From an uncultured archaeon (lineage in GTDB: Archaea > Thermoplasmatota > Thermoplasmata > Thermoplasmatales > Thermoplasmataceae): a DNA stretch of 64,000 nt. Each line of letters opens with the position of its first letter. Position 1 is the stretch's first letter. Location of the stretch: contig CP009479.1 in the NCBI GenBank assembly GCA_000965745.1, forward strand, positions 384,001 through 448,000, in the 5' to 3' direction. The position numbers and the translations under genes were made by a program. Positions 26,507 to 35,261 of the stretch are shown here, piece after piece. The notes beneath the pieces were generated by a model that was not told the origin of the DNA, did no database searches, and saw nothing but the letters and a program-made list of their open reading frames with translations.

Positions 26507-26594
26507 TCTTTCCTATGATTAAGGAGAGCAACAATTTAAATGGTATCTTCAAGCGGAATGGGCGACGCGAGCATGAACTCATTTGTTAATTCCG

Positions 26595-26631
26595 GTATTC
26601 ACTAAAAACACTAATCGAATCCCGGCCGGTC
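26595..26631 (+). repeat. attR3, degenerate
   Basis: GTATTC-N12-AATCGAATCCCGGCCGGTC has the same arm-to-core spacing as attR1/2, and its core is 15/17 identical. Confidence 0.75.
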
Positions 26632-26871
26632 AATGATATCTCACGGTCATAATTTTCAACAGAAAACCTCCAATCAATAGATTTCAACTTCTGTCCATCG
26701 CCCATAAACCCTTGATAGAAACAAACTGGAAAAGAGTGCCAATGAAATGGTCAATTCCTAATTCTGCCCTCCAGTTGTTTAATTCAGCTTATGGTTTATC
26801 TCAAGTCCGTGGTGTAGCAGCCTCTAGATATGCGAATATGAACAAAGTTATTGGTATAACAATATGGATGC

Positions 26872-29800
26872 GTGCTAAGTAATCTCAATTCAAGAGTGAA
26901 CAACATGAGTGATTCAGGAGACAATAAAAAAACAACCGGTGACCCACAAATAGGGAGCATCCGGGCAAACACTAAAACTTCAACCAAGTGGATTGCAGTT
27001 GTAATAGCCCTTCTCGCAATAATAGGAGTCCTGGGTGGGGTGCTTGCAACACACTATTCCGCGGCCCAGACAGCCGGAGGGATCAACGCAATACTTTCAA
27101 GCAAGATTGGAGCAATAGATCAGAATGGAACCTATACGACGAGCATTACAGCGTCAAGCACTTTCAAGAACATGACAGTCTACTTCGGTGATGGTTCCAG
27201 CCAGCTCTTAAATTATAACGGGAACAATACTGTGAAAATCAGCCATAGGTATACTAATCCCGGTGAATACTATATTTTTGCCGATATCAACTATGGCTCA
27301 ACCAGCAGTTATTACATAGAGCCCGTCAAGGTTACACCACAGTACCCGAACACAAAATATGCCTACAGATCCATGTCTGTGGATCCCCTGTCTTCATCAC
27401 CGCAGTTGGTAAACAACCTGTCCAACATATTCAGCCCTGGTTCGCACATGACGCTCAACTTCGTCCCCCCTGTCGGAGGAGGCAGCGACCAGATAGTGCA
27501 GCAGACGCTGTCTATGTCCAACGGAACAGGGATGGTTTCGAGCCAGAACATACCTTACTTCTACAACCTGAACAATAAGGAATATGAGATTCCAGTTCAG
27601 ACGGAGGCTTATGGAGGTCTGCAGTCCGGCCTTTATGTTCTTGAGATCAACACCACCACAGCTCCGGTAAACTTCACACAGATGATAACTGCCAAGGTCT
27701 CAAGCACATCGATCATGAATTTCACGGCCAATCAGCAGTACATTTCTGCCTCTGCAACGTCGCTTGTCCACAACCTTTCAGCGTTGCAGTTTGACAGGAC
27801 AAACATAACCTACAGTGCCAATACGACAGTTAATTACACAAACCCTGCAGCTCTGTTTCTCTGGGATTCAGCGAATATCACCCTGAATAACGGATCAGTT
27901 ACTTACGGGACAAAAACGGTAACGTCAGGAACGTTTAAGGTGAATGCATCCACAGAGCTCTCCCTCTCCAGGCAGACTAACGTTACGTTCAACAACATGG
28001 CATCTGCAGAATTGAATGATACCAGCACTGTTTCAGTTTTCACCGGTGCAGCATCAGGCATAACAACGGACAATGCCACCCAGATAAAATTCCTTGCCAA
28101 TGCGCATAACGTTTCAGTGACATCAACATTGACCGGGGCCAGCACTGTTCCACTCAACAACGGAGAATACAACCGTTCCGCAACAGTCACAACATCCTAT
28201 TTCATAGATTTCCCGGTTGTCGGACAGGTACAGCAGCAGACTGGGGCATCCACAAGCTTCACCAACGCCGAGCCAAACCTGCCAGGCGGATATACGACGC
28301 TTGATCCGGCAACAGCATATTACCAGGCAGACACAGAAATACTTTCCAGCGTCCTGATGACGCTTGTAACGTATAACGGGTCTTCAACAAGCAATTTTGA
28401 GCCGCTCGTTGCAAAACAGCTGCCTTCTTTCAAGAACGGCGAAATAAACAGCAACTACACGAACAAGACTGTAACCACTCCATGGGGTTCAAAATATCAG
28501 TACAACGTCACCCCGGGCGAGAATTACACCTTTGTTGTAAACCAGAAGATCAAGTTCGCAAACGGGAATCCGGTTACAGCGTGGGATATCATGTACTCCC
28601 TGACAAGGACACTTCTCTTCGCGGGTGGATCTCCGGGAACTTCCGGATGGATCCTCGGGCAGTACATCCTTCCAGGGCATTACTTCAAGACAAACACTTT
28701 CTACAACATTACCACTAACATGACCGTAGACAACAACACAAACTCCATCACATTCCACTTCCAACAGCCAATGAACCCGAGTTTCGCGTTCCAGATCTTT
28801 TCGTCGGTCGGTACCTGGATCGAGGATTCCGGCTGGTACATAAAGCATGGGGCGGGGATAACATGGAGCAAACAGGGATTCCAGGACTACAAGAAATATG
28901 GGGATCTCAGCAACTACAACTCCTATGTCCAGAACCACGTGATGCCTGACGGCCCCTACAGAGTCTCATATATTGTGCCTGGGACTCAGGTTACACTTGC
29001 AGCAAACCCGGATTTCGTTTCACCCGGACCATGGTATCCTGCAGCGAAGATCAATACGGTCAACATACTATACCCCCACACCAATCAGCAAGCTTACCTG
29101 CTTCTGAAATCGGGGCAGGCTCAGAACGCATTTCTTCCGACGACATACTGGAACCAGACCAGGGCACTTGCAAACAGCGGAACTATCAGTGTGTATGGGT
29201 TCCCCACTCTGTCAATCAATTTCTACAACTTCAACCTGAAAATCAATGCTACGATACTGCATTCCCTGGACCAGTCGTCAAATGTGCCGTCATACTTCTT
29301 CGTCAACCCGAACGTCAGGAAGGCCTTCGCATACGCATTCAACTATTCCCTTTACTTCGGAAGGCAGGTTGGAAATGAGGTTTACAATACAACCTTCTTC
29401 TCGCCCTATGTAGGAATGCTTCCGTCTGGAATGCTCTACAACCAGACTGCACAGGGCCTGGCGGACGCGGGAAGCGGTGTTGTCAATGCTAACGGCCACG
29501 AGCCTTTCCAGCTTCAGCAGGCAAGAAAATACCTGAACTACTTCTTCAATGGCACAACAAGCTCATCCAACCACGACACAGCAGGCACAATGAACGTGAA
29601 ATTCCAGGGAGGAAAGGTTCTGTATAACGGCAACCCGCTTGTGATTCCAATAATAGTTCCTGCCAACGATCCCACAAGCACCGCAGCAGTAACAACATGG
29701 GGTGCGGACCTGAAGCAGATTCTACCCGGCGCATCTTTCCCTATTGTCCCGCTGCCGCTGACCCAGCTGTTCGGGGCATACTCGGTGCAGGGGCAGAACC

Positions 29801-30231
29801 CGATGCCAGTAAGCTGGGGCGCCTGGAACCCTGACTACCCCTTCCCCACAGACTATCTGCTGCCAATGGCAATGCCAATAAACGGATCCTTCTACATGGG
29901 AGCTGCAGATTACACGCCATACAATGTGGAAAACACCAGTCACAATGCCTACAACCTGTCTGAAGCAAGCTTCATGAACCAGGAAATCAGTGCATTGAAC
30001 AATGCGACAAGCAATGTGACAAATCAGACACTTTCGGAGTACTGGTTCCATGTTACGAACGGAATGGTCGTAAACAGCACAAATGAGGTATACGCCGGAC
30101 AGACACACAGATACCTAACCATCAGCGCAGGCATAAACGGAAACGACATTACAGCGTACCAGCAGAACGTGATGTTCGGAGGCAAAGGCATATTGCTCTA
30201 CAACCTTATCGGGTACAACACAACAGCGTGA
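26872..30231 (+). CDS. Large ABC-type peptide-binding protein (family 5) with N-terminal TM anchor, PKD-like domain and S/T/N-rich insert
   Basis: TM segment WIAVVIALLAIIGVLGG, PKD motif VYFGDG...HRYTNPGEY, TLDPATAY, KFANGNPVTAWDIMYSLTR, NVRKAFAYAF and WNPDYPFP. Likely start is MSDSG at 26905. Confidence 0.88.
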   Translation: MLSNLNSRVNNMSDSGDNKKTTGDPQIGSIRANTKTSTKWIAVVIALLAIIGVLGGVLATHYSAAQTAGGINAILSSKIGAIDQNGTYTTSITASSTFKNMTVYFGDGSSQLLNYNGNNTVKISHRYTNPGEYYIFADINYGSTSSYYIEPVKVTPQYPNTKYAYRSMSVDPLSSSPQLVNNLSNIFSPGSHMTLNFVPPVGGGSDQIVQQTLSMSNGTGMVSSQNIPYFYNLNNKEYEIPVQTEAYGGLQSGLYVLEINTTTAPVNFTQMITAKVSSTSIMNFTANQQYISASATSLVHNLSALQFDRTNITYSANTTVNYTNPAALFLWDSANITLNNGSVTYGTKTVTSGTFKVNASTELSLSRQTNVTFNNMASAELNDTSTVSVFTGAASGITTDNATQIKFLANAHNVSVTSTLTGASTVPLNNGEYNRSATVTTSYFIDFPVVGQVQQQTGASTSFTNAEPNLPGGYTTLDPATAYYQADTEILSSVLMTLVTYNGSSTSNFEPLVAKQLPSFKNGEINSNYTNKTVTTPWGSKYQYNVTPGENYTFVVNQKIKFANGNPVTAWDIMYSLTRTLLFAGGSPGTSGWILGQYILPGHYFKTNTFYNITTNMTVDNNTNSITFHFQQPMNPSFAFQIFSSVGTWIEDSGWYIKHGAGITWSKQGFQDYKKYGDLSNYNSYVQNHVMPDGPYRVSYIVPGTQVTLAANPDFVSPGPWYPAAKINTVNILYPHTNQQAYLLLKSGQAQNAFLPTTYWNQTRALANSGTISVYGFPTLSINFYNFNLKINATILHSLDQSSNVPSYFFVNPNVRKAFAYAFNYSLYFGRQVGNEVYNTTFFSPYVGMLPSGMLYNQTAQGLADAGSGVVNANGHEPFQLQQARKYLNYFFNGTTSSSNHDTAGTMNVKFQGGKVLYNGNPLVIPIIVPANDPTSTAAVTTWGADLKQILPGASFPIVPLPLTQLFGAYSVQGQNPMPVSWGAWNPDYPFPTDYLLPMAMPINGSFYMGAADYTPYNVENTSHNAYNLSEASFMNQEISALNNATSNVTNQTLSEYWFHVTNGMVVNSTNEVYAGQTHRYLTISAGINGNDITAYQQNVMFGGKGILLYNLIGYNTTA

Positions 30232-30279
30232 GCTTCGGTTCACGCCGAATAATTTTTTATTCTTTTTCTCTTTATTTTG
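30226..30279 (+). terminator. Hairpin with C(UUCG)G loop followed by T tracts
   Basis: GCGTGAGC-TTCG-GTTCACGC at 30226-30245, followed by T-rich sequence after the SBP stop. Confidence 0.6.
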
Positions 30280-30363
30280 ACTGGAAGAACATTGTTATAC
30301 TACTGCAGGAGATCAGGCATTGAGGTTTGTTCAGGGCTTGCCGTTGAAAGTGATGCGTGAGGT

Positions 30364-30810
30364 GTGGAAATAAACATGACAGTAACCGTGCGTTCAGAAG
30401 TGAGAATATGGCCAAATGCCAGCAAGATAGACGACTGCACCCAGAATTACCTTACCATTCCAAAGAAGCTTATATCTGACACATACAACCCTGGTCCGGG
30501 TTCAATAGTAACAGGGAAGATAGTAGCCGTTTCAATAGAAACAGATGAAGACATAGTTGGTGGCGGCGAATTCTCAAGTGTTATAAGGGATATCCCGGCC
30601 AGTACGAGGATAGTACTCGGGCAGGGCGACTATGATTACCTTTTTATATTCACAAAGGACTGGAAAAAGATTTCCAAAAAATTCACTGTTCCAGGGAGAA
30701 AATTCCTGACCTACTCCATTGACTCGATCCAGAACGGAAGGAAAAAAGAGAGGATCTACCACGGAAATACGGTATACTGGGAAGAGAAGGACGGTACAAC
30801 CCTGGAATGA
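30364..30810 (+). CDS. Hypothetical protein, possibly AbrB-like swapped-hairpin fold
   Basis: YLTIPKKL...PGSIVTGKI pattern; GAGGTG SD. Confidence 0.55.
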   Translation: MEINMTVTVRSEVRIWPNASKIDDCTQNYLTIPKKLISDTYNPGPGSIVTGKIVAVSIETDEDIVGGGEFSSVIRDIPASTRIVLGQGDYDYLFIFTKDWKKISKKFTVPGRKFLTYSIDSIQNGRKKERIYHGNTVYWEEKDGTTLE

Positions 30811-30917
30811 GAAGGCAGGTTCAATGATGACTGATCGTGCGATACGAATAAATCTGACCAACATATATTACATCCGGACGTGGATATTTGCCGGACGGAT
30901 ATGACAGGAGCAACAGG

Positions 30918-32024
30918 ATGGAGAAAGTGAAGTATTACCTTGCCCTCGCAATAGAGAACAGAAACAAAGGAAGAATGAATGAGGCTGAAAGGAACTACAT
31001 AGACGCCGCACTTTCACTTCTTTCCCATGCAAAGTCTGATGACACACCATCCAGGGCTAAGGACATACGAAGAGCAATAGATGTCCTTGACAACTTCCTC
31101 AACGTGTTCCACCCATCAGACACAGGCTCCGGAGATGATTATGCAAATGAAGGGTGGAAAATTCTCAACGAAGTCGGAATAAGCGCCTCCAGGCTCGAAA
31201 AAACATCGCTTGAGGACGTGGCTGGCCTCAGTACTGTCAAGGAGGAAATCATGAGGAGGCTCATTTACCCTATCAAATATCGTGACCTGTCAAAAAAATA
31301 TGGAGTCAGGCCATCCGGCGGGGTACTGCTCTACGGGCCGCCGGGAACCGGGAAGACTTTCCTGGCCAGGGCGATTGCCAACGAGGCCGGGGCAGCTTTC
31401 ATCAATGTAAACCCCTCAAGCCTTTATAACCAATGGTTCGGGCAATTCGAGAAGAACATAACCAGGGTGTTTGAGGCAGCAAGGCTCCTGTCCCCCTCAG
31501 TGATTTTCTTTGACGAGATCGAGACTATCGCCTCAAGGAGAGGTGGGTACGAGCAGGACGCGGCCTCAAGGAGAGGGGTCTCACAGCTTCTTATAGAGAT
31601 GGAGGGTGTAGAAAAGACGAGGGATGAGGAGATATTTGTACTGGCTGCAACCAACAGGCCTTGGGACCTTGATGAAGCCATTCTGAGGCCTGGCAGGTTC
31701 GACATACGGGTTTACACACCCCTCCCTGATGCCAGTGCCAGAAAGAAGATGTTCGAAAACAATCTCAGGAACATTGCATTCTCTGATGGGGTCGACTTTG
31801 ATGATCTTGCCTCAAAGACAGAAGGTTACAGCGGGGCTGATATTTCATACATATGCAGGAGGACAGTTATTGGCGCCTTTGCAAGAAGTGTTGAAGCCGG
31901 CAGAGAGATAAGGCTTGCTGGAAAGGACATGGAACAGACTATTGCAGAGGTGAAGCCCTCTGTTTCAGGAAAAACTGTAAGCCTTTATGAAAAGTTCTCC
32001 GGAACTTCAGGCATGTCAGCCTGA
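30918..32024 (+). CDS. Single-AAA ATPase with N-terminal MIT-like helical bundle (Vps4/CdvC-like)
   Basis: GPPGTGKT, FFDEIE, pore loop QWFG, ATNRPWDLD. The N-terminal KYYLALAIENRNKGRMNEAERNYIDAALSLL is MIT-like. Start taken at ATG 30918 after AGGAG. Confidence 0.75.
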   Translation: MEKVKYYLALAIENRNKGRMNEAERNYIDAALSLLSHAKSDDTPSRAKDIRRAIDVLDNFLNVFHPSDTGSGDDYANEGWKILNEVGISASRLEKTSLEDVAGLSTVKEEIMRRLIYPIKYRDLSKKYGVRPSGGVLLYGPPGTGKTFLARAIANEAGAAFINVNPSSLYNQWFGQFEKNITRVFEAARLLSPSVIFFDEIETIASRRGGYEQDAASRRGVSQLLIEMEGVEKTRDEEIFVLAATNRPWDLDEAILRPGRFDIRVYTPLPDASARKKMFENNLRNIAFSDGVDFDDLASKTEGYSGADISYICRRTVIGAFARSVEAGREIRLAGKDMEQTIAEVKPSVSGKTVSLYEKFSGTSGMSA

Positions 32025-32083
32025 GGCTAGGCTCAACAACAAAGATTTTAATTACGAATATCTTGTTATGCATAGGGAAGAGC

Positions 32084-32401
32084 ATGACGATTGAAGACTT
32101 TCTTATGCCGGGTGAGGAGATTAAATATCATGGAGGCTCCAGCCTCATTTATGGTGGCAAGCCGTATGAACTGATAATAACAGACAGGAGACTCCTGCTT
32201 TACGGCAGGCGCGGGATGCTTTTCAAGAAGGATGATATTGTAAGCCAGAAGGTGGAGGAGGTTCAGAATATAAAGTACTCCGAGAACGGCATAATCAGAA
32301 AAGAGGGAGTTCTTCAGATTGACGCAAAAACGAGGTTCTCGCTTATAGGCCATCCAAGCCAGGTGAAGGCCATATATCAGCAGATCCTCCAGTTCTTCTG
32401 A
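32084..32401 (+). CDS. Stand-alone prokaryotic PH-domain protein
   Basis: LMPGEEI...LIITDRRLLLY...GMLF...IKY...G.LQI with a C-terminal helix, matching the bacterial PH pattern. Confidence 0.75.
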   Translation: MTIEDFLMPGEEIKYHGGSSLIYGGKPYELIITDRRLLLYGRRGMLFKKDDIVSQKVEEVQNIKYSENGIIRKEGVLQIDAKTRFSLIGHPSQVKAIYQQILQFF

Positions 32402-32407
32402 TCAGAA

Positions 32408-32917
32408 ATGGCGCTGAGAGATACCTACAGGAACATGGTAGTGGAGAAAGTCCAGAAAAGGGCCGGATTTTCCCTTGACCAGGGAGGTGTACCTGCAAGG
32501 CAGTGGAAGAGAATATCTGAGCTTTCAGAGATTCTTCATGAAGCGGTTGTCCTGGAGCAGATGATCAGGGTTGAGGAAAAAAGAAGCAGATCTGTCTCGT
32601 CCAGAATATCCTCAAGAATAAGGCCCGCCAAAGCAGAGGAGCTGAAGCAATCGCTTTCTTCACTTGAAAAGGTTAAAAGCGGGATATGGAACAAGTGCGA
32701 TTCCATTGCATATGATATCGTCCGTGAGAAGGAGATGTCGGGGGCCGATTCAGTCCACGCGGTCCCCCCGGATTCCGCTGGAATCATGAGATGCCGTGCC
32801 TGCGGCGGAGGTGTCTCAATACTTGCTTATGACAATTATAAATGTACGAAATGTGGTCTCGGTTACTCAGCCAGGGACTACCTGGAAATTCTGATAAAAG
32901 ATGTGGAAGGAATATAA
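32408..32917 (+). CDS. Helical/coiled-coil protein with C-terminal Zn ribbon
   Basis: CRACGG...YKCTKCG motifs; starts 6 bp after the PH gene stop. Confidence 0.7.
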   Translation: MALRDTYRNMVVEKVQKRAGFSLDQGGVPARQWKRISELSEILHEAVVLEQMIRVEEKRSRSVSSRISSRIRPAKAEELKQSLSSLEKVKSGIWNKCDSIAYDIVREKEMSGADSVHAVPPDSAGIMRCRACGGGVSILAYDNYKCTKCGLGYSARDYLEILIKDVEGI

Positions 32918-32961
32918 GAATGAGGTCCGCTGTACGGATGCTGGAAAGCGGTAGTCGTATG

Positions 32962-33612
32962 CTACTCCTTTTCTGATTCTTTGTTCTGCCCCAGCTTCTT
33001 GATCAGTTCATCCACCGATTCTTCATCGCCGTTCACTGTGGACGGTGCCTTTTGAGCATTTTCCTGTGAAGGAGCTGAAGAGGCTGAAACGCTAATCTTA
33101 TTCCTGATGCCGCTCAGTATGTCTTCCACCTTTTCAGGGTTCTTCTGCCCAATCTGGTCCACAGAGGAGGTTATCTGGTCAAGCTGGGAGTTCAGCCTTT
33201 CCTGTATCTGGTCTGATGACATCATTATGTTTTCTATGTTTGTGTTGATCTGTGTAAGCTGCTTGTCTGAGAGCTGACTCTTAATAAGGTCCTGAGAGCC
33301 TTCCTTTAATGAGGCCCATATGTCCTTGGTAGTTTTGGCGAATTGCAGGTTCAGGTCTATGTTGTCTAGAAATAATTTATAATCCTTAAGTCCCCTTATT
33401 GCGCTGTTAAGCATCACTATGTTAGACGCAAAAATACGTGCCTTCTGATCGTTTTCATCTTCAAGGGCCATTTTTATGTCGTCCACGTTTCTTTCCCGGT
33501 TCCTTTCATAACTTCTTATTGCCCTTTCTATTTCACTCTTCCAGCGATTCAGCTTTGATCTTCTTTCCATGATCTTTTCGTTTTCAGTTTTACCAAACTT
33601 AAAAGGCGACAT
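32962..33612 (-). CDS. ESCRT-III/Snf7 (CdvB)-like protein
   Basis: Basic N-terminal helical hairpin with IKMALEDENDQKARIFASNIV (Vps24/Vps2/CdvB-type turn), acidic C-terminal half, flexible linker and terminal helix VDELIKKL. Confidence 0.75.
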   Translation of the reverse strand: MSPFKFGKTENEKIMERRSKLNRWKSEIERAIRSYERNRERNVDDIKMALEDENDQKARIFASNIVMLNSAIRGLKDYKLFLDNIDLNLQFAKTTKDIWASLKEGSQDLIKSQLSDKQLTQINTNIENIMMSSDQIQERLNSQLDQITSSVDQIGQKNPEKVEDILSGIRNKISVSASSAPSQENAQKAPSTVNGDEESVDELIKKLGQNKESEKE

Positions 33613-33776
33613 TGTCAATCTACGTAGAATAACTAAGGGAATCAGATTATTAAGATTTTCCTCATTATCTCGCTATTTCGCCCTCCGATGGTTCATGCGG
33701 GGACTCAATGAATTCTGCTGAAATACTCCCTCGCAGGGAGTTTTTATTTAATTGTATGTTCATATACAAATAACTG

Positions 33777-34322
33777 ATGAGGCCAAGATACTGGAAGCTT
33801 GCAGTAATACTCCTTGCATTGGGGATAATCTTCACCTACGGGTGGACACAGAGTTTCCATTCGGTTAACAAGACGTACTTCACCTTCCCGAAGGACGGAA
33901 ATGGAACTGCCATTGTTGTGTTCGCAGTTTCAAACGTGAATGTGAATGGTGAATTCCAGATATCATCCAATAACGCCACAAAGTATGGAAATCCTGCCCC
34001 GGTCACGGTTGTTTTCCAGAACGGAACAAAGGAGATGGCAAATTCCACCATGTTCCTGAATCAGTATTCGCTCACTGCCAAGTTCCATTTCAAGGGAGGA
34101 CTGGGTGAGCCCGGATTCAGTTCTTCAGGAGGGATCGCAAACATAAGCATATCGAGCGGGGACCCTCTGGCAGTTGCATCAATAAGCAATATCTCTGAGA
34201 GTTTCTTTCTTCACCATCTGTCGGGGACCCTTCGGCTATACGGGTCAAACGTCAACTATTACATGATTTACATTGATTCGTACGCAACTGTGAACGTAAA
34301 AGCGGTAGGTGGGTCTTTTTGA
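33777..34322 (+). CDS. Secreted or membrane-anchored hypothetical protein
   Basis: N-terminal hydrophobic segment and several NxS/T sequons. Confidence 0.7.
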   Translation: MRPRYWKLAVILLALGIIFTYGWTQSFHSVNKTYFTFPKDGNGTAIVVFAVSNVNVNGEFQISSNNATKYGNPAPVTVVFQNGTKEMANSTMFLNQYSLTAKFHFKGGLGEPGFSSSGGIANISISSGDPLAVASISNISESFFLHHLSGTLRLYGSNVNYYMIYIDSYATVNVKAVGGSF

Positions 34323-34999
34323 ATGAAAAAGAGGCAGTGGACAAGATGAGAGACCTTCAGAGTTCCATAGAAACCTCCATGGGGTACAGCAGGGCCGGAT
34401 CAAAATTCCCGGTTCTTTTTCTGTTAACCCTATGTGGAATTCTGGGAACATTGATTCTGTTCCTGGCATGGGACTTCTACAACTACTTCTCCATTTCAAC
34501 CGATTTGACTTCGGTACCAATAGGCAGTGGTTCATCCGTGAATGTTTCCGCCATAGTCCTGCTTATGTGGATCATCATTGCCGCTATATTCTACAACATA
34601 CTGGCGAGAGCATACCGTTCCACACCTACAGGAAAGTGGGATCGTGACCTAGATGAGGGGATAACCGGCATAATAAAAATAATAGAGAACGAAGACTGGG
34701 ATGAGACGCTTATGGGCCTGAGAAAGGCAAAGCTTTCATTCGTCTTCCTCGGCGTGATGCAGTTTGTTCTCTACTGGGCTCTCGCCGCAATTGTGTTTTC
34801 GCTGGTTTTTTATTTCGTTGCCGGAGCACTTTTCGGTGTCGGATACAGCAATCTGTTCATATCCGGAATCTCCGCCATAATAGTGCTTGGTCTCGGTGAC
34901 AGTTCGATCAAGAAGAGTTACAGGCAGCTATGGTACATGGATGGCCTGATAGCAGAGCTGAGGTGGTTTTATCTCGAATTCCAGGGATCAGAACTTTAA
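34319..34999 (+). CDS. Hypothetical 4-TM membrane protein
   Basis: Overlaps the previous stop; four hydrophobic segments. Confidence 0.7.
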   Translation: MNEKEAVDKMRDLQSSIETSMGYSRAGSKFPVLFLLTLCGILGTLILFLAWDFYNYFSISTDLTSVPIGSGSSVNVSAIVLLMWIIIAAIFYNILARAYRSTPTGKWDRDLDEGITGIIKIIENEDWDETLMGLRKAKLSFVFLGVMQFVLYWALAAIVFSLVFYFVAGALFGVGYSNLFISGISAIIVLGLGDSSIKKSYRQLWYMDGLIAELRWFYLEFQGSEL

Positions 35000-35261
35000 A
35001 CCTGATCTCTACGTTGTTGCGAGGATAATCAAGGCTCTGATAGATGACGGTCCCATGAAAAAGACAAGGCTCTCCACCTACGCTGAGCTTTCCTATGACA
35101 AGTTCATATCATACATGGAGTGGATGGTGAATAGAGGATTTCTGAAGGAAAGTGACGGGGAGGTGTCTGTTCTTGAAGAAGGAGTGGAGACCTACAACAG
35201 ACTTGTGGAATGGATATTGAAGTATGTGGGAAAGCTTAAGTTCAGCAGAAGAAGGTTCTAG
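34971..35261 (+). CDS. Winged-helix transcriptional regulator (probable non-canonical start upstream of ATG 35055)
   Basis: The frame is open from 34962 and reads NFKPDLYVVARIIKALIDDGPMKKTRLSTYAELSYDKFISYMEWMVNRGFL, a wHTH pattern. Confidence 0.7.
   Translation: MSNSRDQNFKPDLYVVARIIKALIDDGPMKKTRLSTYAELSYDKFISYMEWMVNRGFLKESDGEVSVLEEGVETYNRLVEWILKYVGKLKFSRRRF

Noticed and set aside
23840-26631. Repeats as a CRISPR array
   Set aside because: Spacing is 0.7-2 kb, the repeats match the tRNA 3' end, and no cas genes are present.
30918-32024. Cdc48/VAT or proteasome-activating nucleotidase
   Set aside because: It has only one AAA domain, no double-psi-barrel or coiled-coil/OB N-domain, and an ESCRT-III-like neighbour.
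33686-33746. Possible riboswitch or C/D-box RNA near the hairpin ACTCCCT-CGC-AGGGAGT
   Set aside because: No convincing match to a riboswitch or C/D consensus. Only a short hairpin with a T tract in a divergent promoter region is supported.
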